DNA of 32,000 nt, taken from positions 300,001-332,000 of the forward strand of contig NZ_LT667503.1 in the NCBI RefSeq assembly GCF_900128735.1. The letters are read 5' to 3'. Shown here piece by piece: positions 10,710-20,303 of this stretch. The number at the start of each line of letters is the position of its first letter. The stretch's first letter is position 1. The translations under genes and the position numbers were made by a program. This DNA is from Candidatus Saccharimonadota bacterium (GTDB lineage: Bacteria > Pseudomonadota > Gammaproteobacteria > Enterobacterales > Enterobacteriaceae). The notes beneath the pieces are model-generated. The model ran no database searches. It had not been told where the DNA came from and saw nothing but the letters and a program-made list of their open reading frames with translations.

Positions 10710-12161
10710 CTATGTAAAAGTTCCACCAACTGTTAATGAATCAATTTTAATAGTCGGCTGACCCACACTAACAGGAACATTTTGACCTTCTTTACCGCAA
10801 CAACCCATACCATCATCCATTTTTAAATTATTTCCTACCATTGAAATAGAATTCATAACCTTTATACCAGATCCTATTAATGTGACTCCTTTAATAGGAT
10901 ACATAATTTTTCCGTTTTTAATAATATAAGATTCTGAAGCAGAAAAAACAAAATTTCCCGATGTAATATCAACTTGACCACCACTAAAATTAACTGCATA
11001 TATCCCATTTTGAACACTTTCAATAATATCTTCATGACTCATACAACCTGGCATTAAATAAGTATTAGTCATTCTCGGCATAGGTAAATGAGCATATGAT
11101 TCACGACGACCATTACCAGTATATTTAGTATTCATTAATAATGCATTTAATTTATCTTGTAAAAATAATTTTAAAATACCATTTTCTATTAAAATATTTT
11201 TTTGACTAGGTATACCCTCATCATCAATATTGATTGATCCTCGTAAATTCTTTAAAGTTCCATTATCAATAATTGTACATAATTCTGATGCTACTTTTTG
11301 ACCTTTTCTTTTGGTAAAAACAGAAGTTTTTTTTCTTATAAAATCACCTTCTAAACCATGTCCAACAGCTTCATGAAATAAAATACCCGGCCAACCAGCA
11401 CCTAAAACAACAGTAAAGGAACCAGCGGGCGCTGCTTTTGAACAAAGAGATACCAGAGCTATTCGAACTGCTTCTTTAGTCCAATATTCTACTCTTAAAT
11501 CACCACTTTGATGTTTCTCAAAAAAATAATTAAATTCTGATCGACCACCACCACCACTATATCCTTTTTCACGTAGACCATTGGATTCCACTACCACGCT
11601 TATAGAGATATAAATTAAAGGACGAATATCTGCAGATAAATGTGAACAATCTGTTGAGGCTACTAGGACATTTTCATATTCATGATATAAAACCGCGTTC
11701 ACATCAACTACACGAGAGTCTTGTTTTCGAGCAATTTTATCAATCATATGTAAAAGATTAATTTTTTTATTTATTTTAATAGTATCAACAGGGTTAATTT
11801 TTGTATAATAAGTATCATTATCTACATTAGATTCTTTTTTTACTATTATCTTTTTAGAAATAGGAAGCATTTCGCAAACACGATTAACAACTTTTTTAAT
11901 ATTTTTTAAAGTAATAGCATTAGAATAAGAAAAGGCTGTCGAACTATTACTAAAAACACGAATACCAAAACCTTCATTTATACAAAAAATACCTTTTTTG
12001 ATAATTTTATTTTCTAAAATCCATGATTCATGTTTTTTACATTGAAAATAAATATCACCAAAATCTATCTTTTTGCATAAAATTTGATCTAAAGTTAAAA
12101 AAATATCTTTTTCATAAATGTTATTAGGATACAATAAAATATCACTGACTAATTTTAACAT
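10710..12161 (-). CDS. tldD: Metalloprotease TldD
   Basis: The 483 aa product carries the HEAVGHGLEGD zinc-binding motif and shows full-length colinearity with E. coli TldD (481 aa). Confidence 0.94.
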   Translation of the reverse strand: MLKLVSDILLYPNNIYEKDIFLTLDQILCKKIDFGDIYFQCKKHESWILENKIIKKGIFCINEGFGIRVFSNSSTAFSYSNAITLKNIKKVVNRVCEMLPISKKIIVKKESNVDNDTYYTKINPVDTIKINKKINLLHMIDKIARKQDSRVVDVNAVLYHEYENVLVASTDCSHLSADIRPLIYISISVVVESNGLREKGYSGGGGRSEFNYFFEKHQSGDLRVEYWTKEAVRIALVSLCSKAAPAGSFTVVLGAGWPGILFHEAVGHGLEGDFIRKKTSVFTKRKGQKVASELCTIIDNGTLKNLRGSINIDDEGIPSQKNILIENGILKLFLQDKLNALLMNTKYTGNGRRESYAHLPMPRMTNTYLMPGCMSHEDIIESVQNGIYAVNFSGGQVDITSGNFVFSASESYIIKNGKIMYPIKGVTLIGSGIKVMNSISMVGNNLKMDDGMGCCGKEGQNVPVSVGQPTIKIDSLTVGGTFT

Positions 12162-12512
12162 AAGTTACTCTCTTAAAAAAAATTCCATTATTTTTTTATA
12201 AATATCTAATAAATTGTATTCATAAAAAATAAATAAAAAATTTTTATAAAATTAATATGAATATTATAAATATTTTAATTTTTTTTTAATTAATAATGTA
12301 TTAAAACAAAAATAAATAGCTACACATTTTTCTTTTCTAGTGTTAGCATATAAAAAAAACAATAAAAAAATAATAATTAATATTTTTTTTACGTCTTGAT
12401 TTTTTATAAAATATAACGATTCCTAAAAATAAAAATTTCTACTAATTTTTAAAAAAATGAATACTAAAAAATAATATATTAATTTACAGTATATAAAGAA
12501 TCAGGAAAAAAA

Positions 12513-12992
12513 ATGAAAAAAAATAATGTAATTTTATTATTAAACGGACCTAATTTAAATTTGTTAGGAACTCGTGAACCTAAAATATATGGAAAAATTA
12601 CTTTATCAGAATTAACTAATAAATTAATAAAAATATCAAAAAAAAAAAATACCATACTTTATCATTTTCAATCAAATGCCGAACATGAATTAATTGATAA
12701 AATACATAAAAGTAAAAAAATGGATATCGAATATATTTTAATAAACCCCGGAGCTTTTGCGCATACTAGTATTGCATTACGTGATGCATTACTAGCTATC
12801 AATGTTCCTTTTTTTGAAATACACATATCTAATATTTTTTCACGTGAAAAGTTTCGTTCACATTCTTGGATATCAGATATATCTCATGGTATTATTTCAG
12901 GATTTGGAATTGACGGATATATTTGGGCATTAAAAACCGCCATTAATATTCTAACAAATAAAAAAAATAGTAAATTGTTAAAAAAAATATAA
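12513..12992 (+). CDS. aroQ: 3-dehydroquinate dehydratase, type II
   Basis: The product contains LLLNGPNLNLLGTREPKIYG...INPGAFAHTSIALRDAL....PFFEIHISNIFSRE.FR.HS, the type II DHQase signature. It contains an in-frame A12 run at 12638-12649. Confidence 0.95.
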   Translation: MKKNNVILLLNGPNLNLLGTREPKIYGKITLSELTNKLIKISKKKNTILYHFQSNAEHELIDKIHKSKKMDIEYILINPGAFAHTSIALRDALLAINVPFFEIHISNIFSREKFRSHSWISDISHGIISGFGIDGYIWALKTAINILTNKKNSKLLKKI

Positions 12993-13286
12993 AAAATAAA
13001 ATAATTATTTATACTTAAAGCAATATGTGAGTACTTATTTATTAAAAAGCACTAAAATAAAATAATCTTTTGAAACTCTATTTCTACACAAATAATTTGA
13101 TTATAACTTTTATTTTTTTTTAAAAAAATTTAATTCTTTTATTTTAACTTTTTTTATAAATTATTTATATTGTAAAAAATTTATTTAAAAAAAATATTAA
13201 GTTATAAAAAATGTTAATATATTCTGAATATATTATTGCATATAATAACAAAACATTTTAAAAATTATAAAAATATTTATAACTAT

Positions 13287-14252
13287 TTAAATAAAACCAA
13301 AAAAATAAAAATGATGAAGCAGCGAAATTAAATCATCTGGCGGAGAAACTTCCCAATTTTTCAAAATATTTTTGAAAGGATCTTGAAAACATAATCGACT
13401 AGAATGTAAGGCTGGTCTTGAAAAATTTTGAATAATATTAGATAATTTAGTTGGATAGCCATTAATATTAGATTGAATACCATTAGAATATACTTTGTCA
13501 CCTACTATTGGATGTAATATAGCTGATAAATGCACTCGAATTTGATGTGTCCTACCGGTTTTTAATCGAATACGTAAATGAGTATGATTACGAAAGATAG
13601 CAATCACTTTATAATGTGTTATAGCTTCTTTTCCTCCAATACCAGTCATCATTTTCGTTCGACAATGCCAATGTCGTTTAATAGGTAGTTCAATTAACCC
13701 ATCATATTGAATTTGACCCATCACAATAACATCATATTCTTTAATAACCTTTCGTAATTTCAACAAATTGGTTAAATAATGATATGAAAAAAAATTTTTT
13801 GCTACCATAAGTAAACCGGTAGTATGACGATCTAATCTATGTACAATACCAGCTCGAGGTAATTTTTTATTTTTTTTAAAATGATATAAAATTCCATTAA
13901 ATAACGTTCCTGATAAATGCCCAGGACCTGGATGAATCACAAGATTTTTTGGTTTATTAATAATAATTAATTCACTATCCTCATAAATAATATCCAAAAA
14001 AATATTTTCTTTTTTATTTTTTTTAACCTTTAAATTTAATAAAGAAAAAACATCAATACGATCATTAAAAAATATTTTTTTTTTCGGATATAACGTAACA
14101 ATATTATTTACCATTACTTTTCCATATATAATTAATTTTTTTATATATGAACGAGAATATTTTTTGATTAATTTTACTAAAATAACATCTAATCTAAATG
14201 ATTTTGTATGTAATTTGGGTACTATAAAAGTTATTTTTTTTATATTAGACAT
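13287..14252 (-). CDS. rluD: 23S rRNA pseudouridine(1911/1915/1917) synthase RluD
   Basis: The product contains DIIYEDSELIIINKPKNLVIHPG...RAGIVHRLDRHTTGLLMVAKN...TGRTHQIRVHL..I.HPIVGD, which covers the RluA-family motifs including the catalytic HRLD. The track start at 14324 adds a hydrophobic junk extension. The ATG at 14252 gives 321 aa, compared with 326 aa in E. coli. Confidence 0.92.
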   Translation of the reverse strand: MSNIKKITFIVPKLHTKSFRLDVILVKLIKKYSRSYIKKLIIYGKVMVNNIVTLYPKKKIFFNDRIDVFSLLNLKVKKNKKENIFLDIIYEDSELIIINKPKNLVIHPGPGHLSGTLFNGILYHFKKNKKLPRAGIVHRLDRHTTGLLMVAKNFFSYHYLTNLLKLRKVIKEYDVIVMGQIQYDGLIELPIKRHWHCRTKMMTGIGGKEAITHYKVIAIFRNHTHLRIRLKTGRTHQIRVHLSAILHPIVGDKVYSNGIQSNINGYPTKLSNIIQNFSRPALHSSRLCFQDPFKNILKNWEVSPPDDLISLLHHFYFFGFI

Positions 14253-14456
14253 ATATAGATTCGTTTTTGTTAAAATAAAAAACTTATAAAAAAATGAATA
14301 AAAAAAATTGTATGACACTAACATACAAAAAACATATATTCGATATAATAGAATGCACTTTTAAAATAAATTTTACAATATATAAATATATTATCTTGAT
14401 AAAAAAATATATAATTTAATATAAAATATTAAATATTTATTAAGGTTTTCAAAACT

Positions 14457-17102
14457 ATGAAGATGAATAAAATCAGAAAAATGTTTTTAGATTTTTTTCA
14501 AAAAAAAGATCATATGCTTATCAAAAGCAGTTCTTTAATACCAGAAAACGATGAGACTTTATTATTTACAAATGCAGGCATGAATCAATTTAAAGATATA
14601 TTTTTAGGAAAAATTATACCTAATCAAAAATCACTAATTAGTACACAATACTGTATCCGAACAGGAGGAAAACATAACGATTTTAAAAAAGTTGGTTATA
14701 CAAACTATCATCAAACATTATTTGAAATGCTTGGAAATTTCAGTTTTGGAAGTTATTTTAAAAAAGAAGCTATCTTATATGCATGGGAATTTTTAACATC
14801 TAAAAAATGGCTAAATATCTCAAAAAAAAAATTATGGATAACATATTATTATCAAGATCTAGAAACGTGTAATATTTGGTCTGAAATCGTCAATAAAAAA
14901 AATCTTATTCCTATTTATAATAAAAATAATGTTCAATATAACTCTGATAATTTTTGGAAAATGGGGGAAACAGGATTATGCGGACCATGTACAGAAATTT
15001 TTTATGATCAAGGAAAAGAGATCATTGGTAATTTACCAGGTTCTATTAAAAAAAATGGAGAACGTTTTATTGAAATTTGGAATATTGTATTCATGCAATT
15101 TAACCAAACAAAAAAAAATACGTTAATTAAACTTCCAATTCCATCAGTAGATACCGGTCTGGGTATTGAACGACTTTCAGCTGTATTACAAAAATCTAAT
15201 TCAATTTATAATATAAATGGATTTAAAGAATTAATAAAAAAAATAAAAAAAAAATTACTTCTTAAACACTCAGAACATAATCAATTTTCTCTTCGTATTA
15301 TTGCTGATCACCTACGAACATCTTCATGTTTAATTTCAGAAAATATTATCCCTGGTAATGAAGGTAGAAATTATGTTCTCAGAAGAATTATACGTAGAGC
15401 ATTAAGTCATGGTTATTTATTAGGTATTCGAAAACCGTTTTTATATCAATTACCAAAATTATTGATTAAATTTATGCCTGAACTATCTAATTTTTTTAAA
15501 TTTCCAGAAAAAATTTCTAAAATTATAAATATATTGTATGGAGAAGAAAAACAATTTTATTCAATACTTAAAAAAAGCATGGATCTTCTTTTAAAAGAAA
15601 TAGAAAAAAATAAAAACAAAAATATTTGTTCTAAAAAAATATTTTATTTATATGAAACTTATGGTTTACCTATAGAAATTTCTCAAGATATTTGTAAAAA
15701 AAAAAATACTGACATAGATCTGATTAAATTAAAAAAAATCATCAAAAAAAATAAAGAAAAACAGAACAAAAAAAAAAATAATAGTAAGAATGAAATTCAT
15801 CCAGAACTTATGTATATTACTAAAAAATCTATTTTTCATGGTTATAATAAAAGTAAAATAAAATCAAAAATTATTCAAATAATTCATAATAATAAATCAA
15901 CTACAGCAGTATCAAAAGAAGATCAATGTATAATAGTTTTAGACATTACCCCATTTTATAGTGAATCAGGAGGACAAGTTAGTGATTCAGGAAAAATTAC
16001 CACTGCATCAGCTATATTTTCTGTTGAAAAAACAATAAAATATGGAAATTATATAGGACATATCGGTAACGTAAAACATGGAAAACTTTATATCAATAAT
16101 ACTGTAATATCTAAAATTGATTTAAAAAAAAGAATTTCAATTCAGTCCAACCATACAGCGACACATTTATTACATGCTGCATTAAAAAAAACACTAGGTA
16201 AAAATATTCAACAAAAAGGATCTTTCATTAATGAAAAATATTTAAGATTTGATTTTTCATATAATAATAAAATTAAAAAAAAAGATATTTATGCTCTTGA
16301 ATTATTAATTAATAAAAAAATTCAAGAAAATCTTCCCATCACATCTATCATCAGTTCTATAAAAAAAGCAAAAAAATATCAAGCGGTCGCTCAATTTACT
16401 AAAAAATATAAAAATACTGTACGTATGATTCAAATTGACAATTTTTCTTTAGAATTATGCGGAGGAACACATCATTTATATACTGGAAACATAGGATATT
16501 TTAAAATTTTAAATGTCAATAATACTGGCTATGCAATTAAAAGAATAATAGCTATCACTGGAAAAAAAGCAGTACAATACATACAAAAAAAAGAAGAAAA
16601 AGAAAAAGAAATACAGAATCTTTTAAATACTGATAATAGTAATACTCATGAAAAAATAAAAAAAATTCTTAATTCTATTCATAAATTAAAAAAAGAAAAT
16701 AAAATTTTTAAAAAAAATGAAATAATAAAACTTACTAAAAAAATATTAAAAAACGCTTACTTATTAAATAATATATATTTTATTACATATATTATATCTT
16801 ATAATTATAAAAATATATTACATACTCTTGTAGAAATAATTAATCAAAAATTAAAATCAGCTATTATTATATTAATTAACAATTATAATTCAAGTATTAT
16901 TTTCCATATTAGCATAACAAAAAATATAAAAAAAAAAATAAAAGCTATAGAAATAATGAATAATATGTTTATAAATATGAAAGGAATCGGCGGAGGAAAT
17001 TCAATAGTAGCAAAAGGGAAAATAAAAAACAAAAAAAATATTATATCAAATTTAGAAAAAACAAAATTATGGATTATACAAAAATTATCTAAAAAATTAT
17101 AA
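14457..17102 (+). CDS. alaS: Alanine--tRNA ligase
   Basis: The 881 aa product has [42 protein letters not shown], matching E. coli [42 protein letters not shown]. It also has the editing-domain HTATHLLH and CGGTH motifs and a C-terminal GGGG-containing C-Ala domain. Confidence 0.97.
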   Translation: [881 protein letters not shown]

Positions 17103-17242
17103 AAAAAATAAAAAAAAAATATAAAAATTTTATTTTATAAAAATAATAATTAATATGTATGTTAAGAATAAATTTAATGATTTTAAATCTAAATAATATA
17201 AAAAAATCAAAATTATTTAATTTATAAAAAAGGGAAGAATAA

Positions 17243-17425
17243 ATGCTTATTTTAACTCGTCGAATTGGCGAAACATTAATTATCGGCGATGAAATAACTG
17301 TAACAGTATTAGGAATAAAAGGAAATCAAGTTCGTATTGGAATCAATGCACCAAAAAAAATATCTGTTCATCGTGAAGAAATTTATAAACGTATTCAAGC
17401 TGAAAAAAATAATGTTTCTATATAA
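17243..17425 (+). CDS. csrA: Carbon storage regulator CsrA (RNA-binding translational regulator)
   Basis: [55 protein letters not shown] is nearly identical to E. coli CsrA. It follows alaS as in E. coli. Confidence 0.97.
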   Translation: MLILTRRIGETLIIGDEITVTVLGIKGNQVRIGINAPKKISVHREEIYKRIQAEKNNVSI

Positions 17426-17440
17426 GTCAATATAAAAAAT

Positions 17441-17473
17441 TTACTGCATTTGATTCTCTTAAGAATGCAGTAA
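17441..17473 (+). terminator. Hairpin downstream of csrA (terminator-like)
   Basis: TTACTGCATT (17441-17450) pairs with AATGCAGTAA (17464-17473), a perfect 10 bp stem with a 13 nt loop. It starts 16 nt after the csrA stop. The downstream sequence is AT-rich but has no clean T-run. Confidence 0.5.
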
Positions 17474-17568
17474 GAAAAATATCTTTTATAATTTTATTTA
17501 ATTTAAAAAAACCTATACTTATTAAATATAATAAGTAAACTTTATGCTATATAAAAATAAAAAAATAT

Positions 17569-17597
17569 TTGACTTATACAGTAAACAAAGTAATATA
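17569..17597 (+). promoter_or_regulatory. Candidate sigma70 promoter for the tRNA-Ser/tRNA-Arg pair
   Basis: TTGACT (17569-17574) is followed after 16 nt by TAATAT (17591-17596), about 70 nt upstream of tRNA-Ser. A near-consensus -35 stands out, but -10-like hexamers are ubiquitous in DNA this AT-rich. Confidence 0.3.
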
Positions 17598-17668
17598 GTG
17601 TACAGTCAAGAAATAAAAAATCAAAGAAAAAAAATATTAAAAAAAAATCATAAAATAAGTCATTTTTA

Positions 17669-17755
17669 GGTGAGATGGCCGAGTGGTTTAAGGCGCTCCC
17701 CTGCTAAGGGAGTATGTATCAACATGCATCGAGGGTTCAAATCCCTCTCTCACCG
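17669..17755 (+). tRNA. serV: tRNA-Ser (anticodon GCU)
   Basis: GGTGAGATGGCCGAGTGGTTTAAGGCGCTCCCCTGCTAAGGGAG...GAGGGTTCAAATCCCTCTCTCACCG closely matches E. coli serV. It has a long variable arm and the anticodon loop CT-GCT-AA. No CCA is encoded, as the next bases are AAT. Confidence 0.95.
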
Positions 17756-17812
17756 AATTATAAAAAATAAATTATTTTTTAAAAAAGAGATCACTTTAAA
17801 AAGCTCAAATAT

Positions 17813-17886
17813 GCATCCGTAGCTCAGTTGGATAGAGCACTCGGCTACGAACCGAGAGGTCGGAGGTTCAAATCCTTCCGGATGCA
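17813..17886 (+). tRNA. argV: tRNA-Arg (anticodon ACG)
   Basis: GCATCCGTAGCTCAGTTGGATAGAGCACTCGGCTACGAACCGAGAGGTCGGAGGTTCAAATCCTTCCGGATGCA is near-identical to E. coli argV. No CCA is encoded, as the next bases are AAC. Confidence 0.95.
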
Positions 17887-17975
17887 AACAATCACACTCT
17901 TTTAAAATTTTTTTACAACTAAACTCATATAGTAAAAATAAATCTATTAAAAAAAATTATAAAATAGTTAATAAG

Positions 17976-18718
17976 ATGAAAGAAAAAAAGAATCCAATAA
18001 ATTTTCCACGCATTTATTACAATGACTTTTTAAAAATTAATAATATAATACTTTTAGAAAAAAAAATAAAACATTATATTATTAATGTATTACGTATGAA
18101 AATGGGAGATATGATTACAATCTTTAATAATACTAATTATATTTATTATTCTAAAATCATTAATGTTCAAAAAAATAAAATAAAAATTCACATCATAAAA
18201 AAAAAAAAGAAAATAACGAATCACCCATCCGTATACACCTCATACAAATAATTTCTAAAAAAGAAAAAATGAATTTTACGATTGAAAAATCTGTGGAACT
18301 AGGGGTTAGCACTATTACACCCATTATCTCTGATCAACCCGTCAAATATTGTTTAAAAAAAAAAATAAAATACTGGAATAATATAATTATTTCTGCATGT
18401 GCACAATCAAAAAGAAATATTATTCCAAAATTATACCAACCAAAAAAACTAAACGAATGGAATAAAACTGTTCCTTCTAAAGCAGTTAAAATTTATTTTC
18501 ATAGAAAGGCTAATAATAAAATTAATCAAATTCAAAATAAAAATTTAAAAAATATATATTTAATAGTCGGACCGGAAAAAGGATTTTCAAAAAATGAAAT
18601 GGAATATATGAATAAGAAGAGTTTTTTATCTATATCTTTAGGTCCTAGAATATTACGTACTGAAACAGCAGCTATTACAGCCATTACAAGCGTACAAATA
18701 TTATTAGGAGATATATAA
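17976..18718 (+). pseudogene. rsmE: 16S rRNA m3U1498 methyltransferase RsmE (YggJ), interrupted by a frameshift in an A12 tract
   Basis: The two track ORFs (17976-18251 and 18269-18718) together align with full-length E. coli RsmE. ORF1 carries FPRIYYNDF...NVLRMKMGDMITIF (E. coli IPRIYHPE...RVLRMGPGQALQLF). ORF2 carries MNFTIEKSVELGVSTITP...LIVGPEKGFS..E......LGPRILRTETAAITAIT. Reading the ORF2 frame upstream from 18209 gives ENNESPIRIHLIQIISKKEKMNFT, matching E. coli [24 protein letters not shown]. The frames therefore switch inside the A run at 18197-18208. Confidence 0.85.
18197..18208 (+). repeat. A12 homopolymer at the rsmE frame switch
   Basis: Counted directly: catcat-AAAAAAAAAAAA-gaaaataacg. 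One extra A, or two fewer, restores a single 247-codon rsmE reading frame. Confidence 0.95.
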
Positions 18719-18750
18719 CATAGTATTATATGTAAAAGGTATAAAAAGGA

Positions 18751-19038
18751 TTATTCAATAATATCATTTAAAATAACATTTAAAATAGAAATTTTTTTTT
18801 CTATTTTAGTGATATATTGCAAATTATTTTTTTTTTCTAATTGTAATTCATAACAAATGTTTAAAGCTGCAATAATAACAAGTTTTTCTATATTGGAAAC
18901 TCCTGTTTTTTCTTTTAATTCCTGTAAGCGATCATTAAAATTATTCACGGAAGATAATAATTCAGATGAATAATTTTTTGGACAATTCACTTTTATAATA
19001 CGACCCAATATTTCGACATCTATAGTTTTAATTGTCAT
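18751..19038 (-). CDS. zapA: Cell division protein ZapA
   Basis: MTIKTIDVEILGRIIKVNCPKNYSSELLSSVNNFNDRLQELKEKTGVSNIEKLVIIAALNICYEL matches E. coli ZapA ([61 protein letters not shown]). Confidence 0.88.
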   Translation of the reverse strand: MTIKTIDVEILGRIIKVNCPKNYSSELLSSVNNFNDRLQELKEKTGVSNIEKLVIIAALNICYELQLEKKNNLQYITKIEKKISILNVILNDIIE

Positions 19039-19087
19039 TTTTTTTCCTATAAATCTATTTTATTAATTTATAATATTTTTTATATTT

Positions 19088-19747
19088 TTATATAATTTTT
19101 CTAACTCCATTAATATCACTAATTAATAGTGTATTTGCTTTACGTATAGCAAATAAACCAACACATACTACTCCAGGTATGTTATTAATATATTTTTCTA
19201 AAAAAACCGGTTGATATATTTGTAAATTAAAAACATCAATAATAAAATTTCCATTATCGGTAACAAAATTTCTTCGAAATTTTGGTATACCTCCTAATTT
19301 TCTTAATTCTTGAGAAACAAATTTTAAAGCCATAGGAATAACTTCAATAGGTAAAGGAAAAGAAATACCTAAAATCTTAACATATTTTGATTCATCAATA
19401 ATACATAAAAACTTTTTTGAAGCTGATGAAATAATTTTTTCACGAGTTAATGCACCTCCTCCACCTTTAATCATTTCTAGATTGTTATTCACTTCATCCG
19501 CGCTATCAATATATATATCAATTACTGAATTTAGGTTATTTAATTCAATGATTGGTATATTTAATTTACGTAAATAATTATACGACTGAATAGAACTGGC
19601 TACCGCACCTATAATCAAAGATCTAATAGATGACAGCGCCTTAATAAAATATTTCATAGTAGAACCGGAACCAATACCGATGATTGAGTTTCTAGAAATA
19701 TACTTGAGAGCAGATAAAGCTACTTTTTTTTTTAAAATATCTATCAT
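19088..19747 (-). CDS. rpiA: Ribose-5-phosphate isomerase A
   Basis: The 219 aa product has IGIGSGSTMKYFI, DSADEV....MIKGGGGALTREKI and a C-terminal GVVCVGLF, which are the RpiA motifs. Confidence 0.95.
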   Translation of the reverse strand: MIDILKKKVALSALKYISRNSIIGIGSGSTMKYFIKALSSIRSLIIGAVASSIQSYNYLRKLNIPIIELNNLNSVIDIYIDSADEVNNNLEMIKGGGGALTREKIISSASKKFLCIIDESKYVKILGISFPLPIEVIPMALKFVSQELRKLGGIPKFRRNFVTDNGNFIIDVFNLQIYQPVFLEKYINNIPGVVCVGLFAIRKANTLLISDINGVRKII

Positions 19748-20066
19748 TCATACTCCTAAATATTTTTATAATTTCATATTAATGCCTTTTAAAAACTAAT
19801 AAAAAAAAATAATCTAACTAGGATTCATAAAAAATATAACTATGATATATGAAATATAACTAAAAAAATTAAAAAATATTTGTAAAAAAGTTATATTATG
19901 TAATATATCTTTACATTTTTTTTCGGAGGTATTAGTTTTTTAAACTGAAAAAAAATATCCTAAAAAAATAGAAGACGTAAATATAAAAAAATATTTTTAA
20001 AATCTTTCAGAAAAATACTTTTTAAAATAAAGAGAAGGGTTGGATACAAAATCAACAAAAAAAAAT

Positions 20067-20138
20067 CTGGGGTACCTGGATTCGAACCAGGGATGCCGGT
20101 ATCAAAAACCGGTGCCTTAACCTCTTGGCTATACCCCA
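20067..20138 (-). tRNA. glnU: tRNA-Gln (anticodon UUG)
   Basis: The reverse complement TGGGGTATAGCCAAGAGGTTAAGGCACCGGTTTTTGATACCGGCATCCCTGGTTCGAATCCAGGTACCCCAG closely matches E. coli tRNA-Gln(UUG). No CCA is encoded. Confidence 0.95.
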
Positions 20139-20191
20139 AAAATAATAGTTTAATTATTACATAAGCATATTTAACTTAGTAAATAATATTA

Positions 20192-20273
20192 TGCGGAAAG
20201 CGAGATTTGAACTCGCAAACCTTACGATGCCAGAACCTAAATCTGGTGCGTCTACCATTTTCGCCATTTCCGC
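20192..20273 (-). tRNA. leuW: tRNA-Leu (anticodon UAG)
   Basis: The reverse complement GCGGAAATGGCGAAAATGGTAGACGCACCAGATTTAGGTTCTGGCATCGTAAGGTTTGCGAGTTCAAATCTCGCTTTCCGCA closely matches E. coli leuW. It has a long variable arm and the anticodon loop TT-TAG-GT. No CCA is encoded. Confidence 0.95.
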
Positions 20274-20303
20274 TTAATTTAATTCTGATTATATATATTT
20301 TTA

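Noticed and set aside
14929-15126. A 65 aa ORF nested in another frame inside alaS.
   Set aside because: It lies entirely within a strongly supported alaS coding region, and its product is low-complexity with no recognisable family. It is a chance ORF.
18719-18750. I looked for 6S RNA (ssrS), which lies immediately downstream of zapA in E. coli.
   Set aside because: Only 32 nt separate the zapA stop from the end of rsmE, so there is no room for an RNA of about 180 nt. No GC-enriched island of the kind that marks the tRNAs is present.
19748-20066. The 319 bp spacer between rpiA and tRNA-Gln contains slightly GC-richer patches (for example TTTCGGAGGT at about 19921 and AGAAGGGTTGGATAC at about 20033). 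I checked it for a small RNA or small protein gene.
   Set aside because: I could not find a stable stem-loop architecture, tRNA-like arms or an ORF with a Shine-Dalgarno. The evidence is insufficient to call anything.
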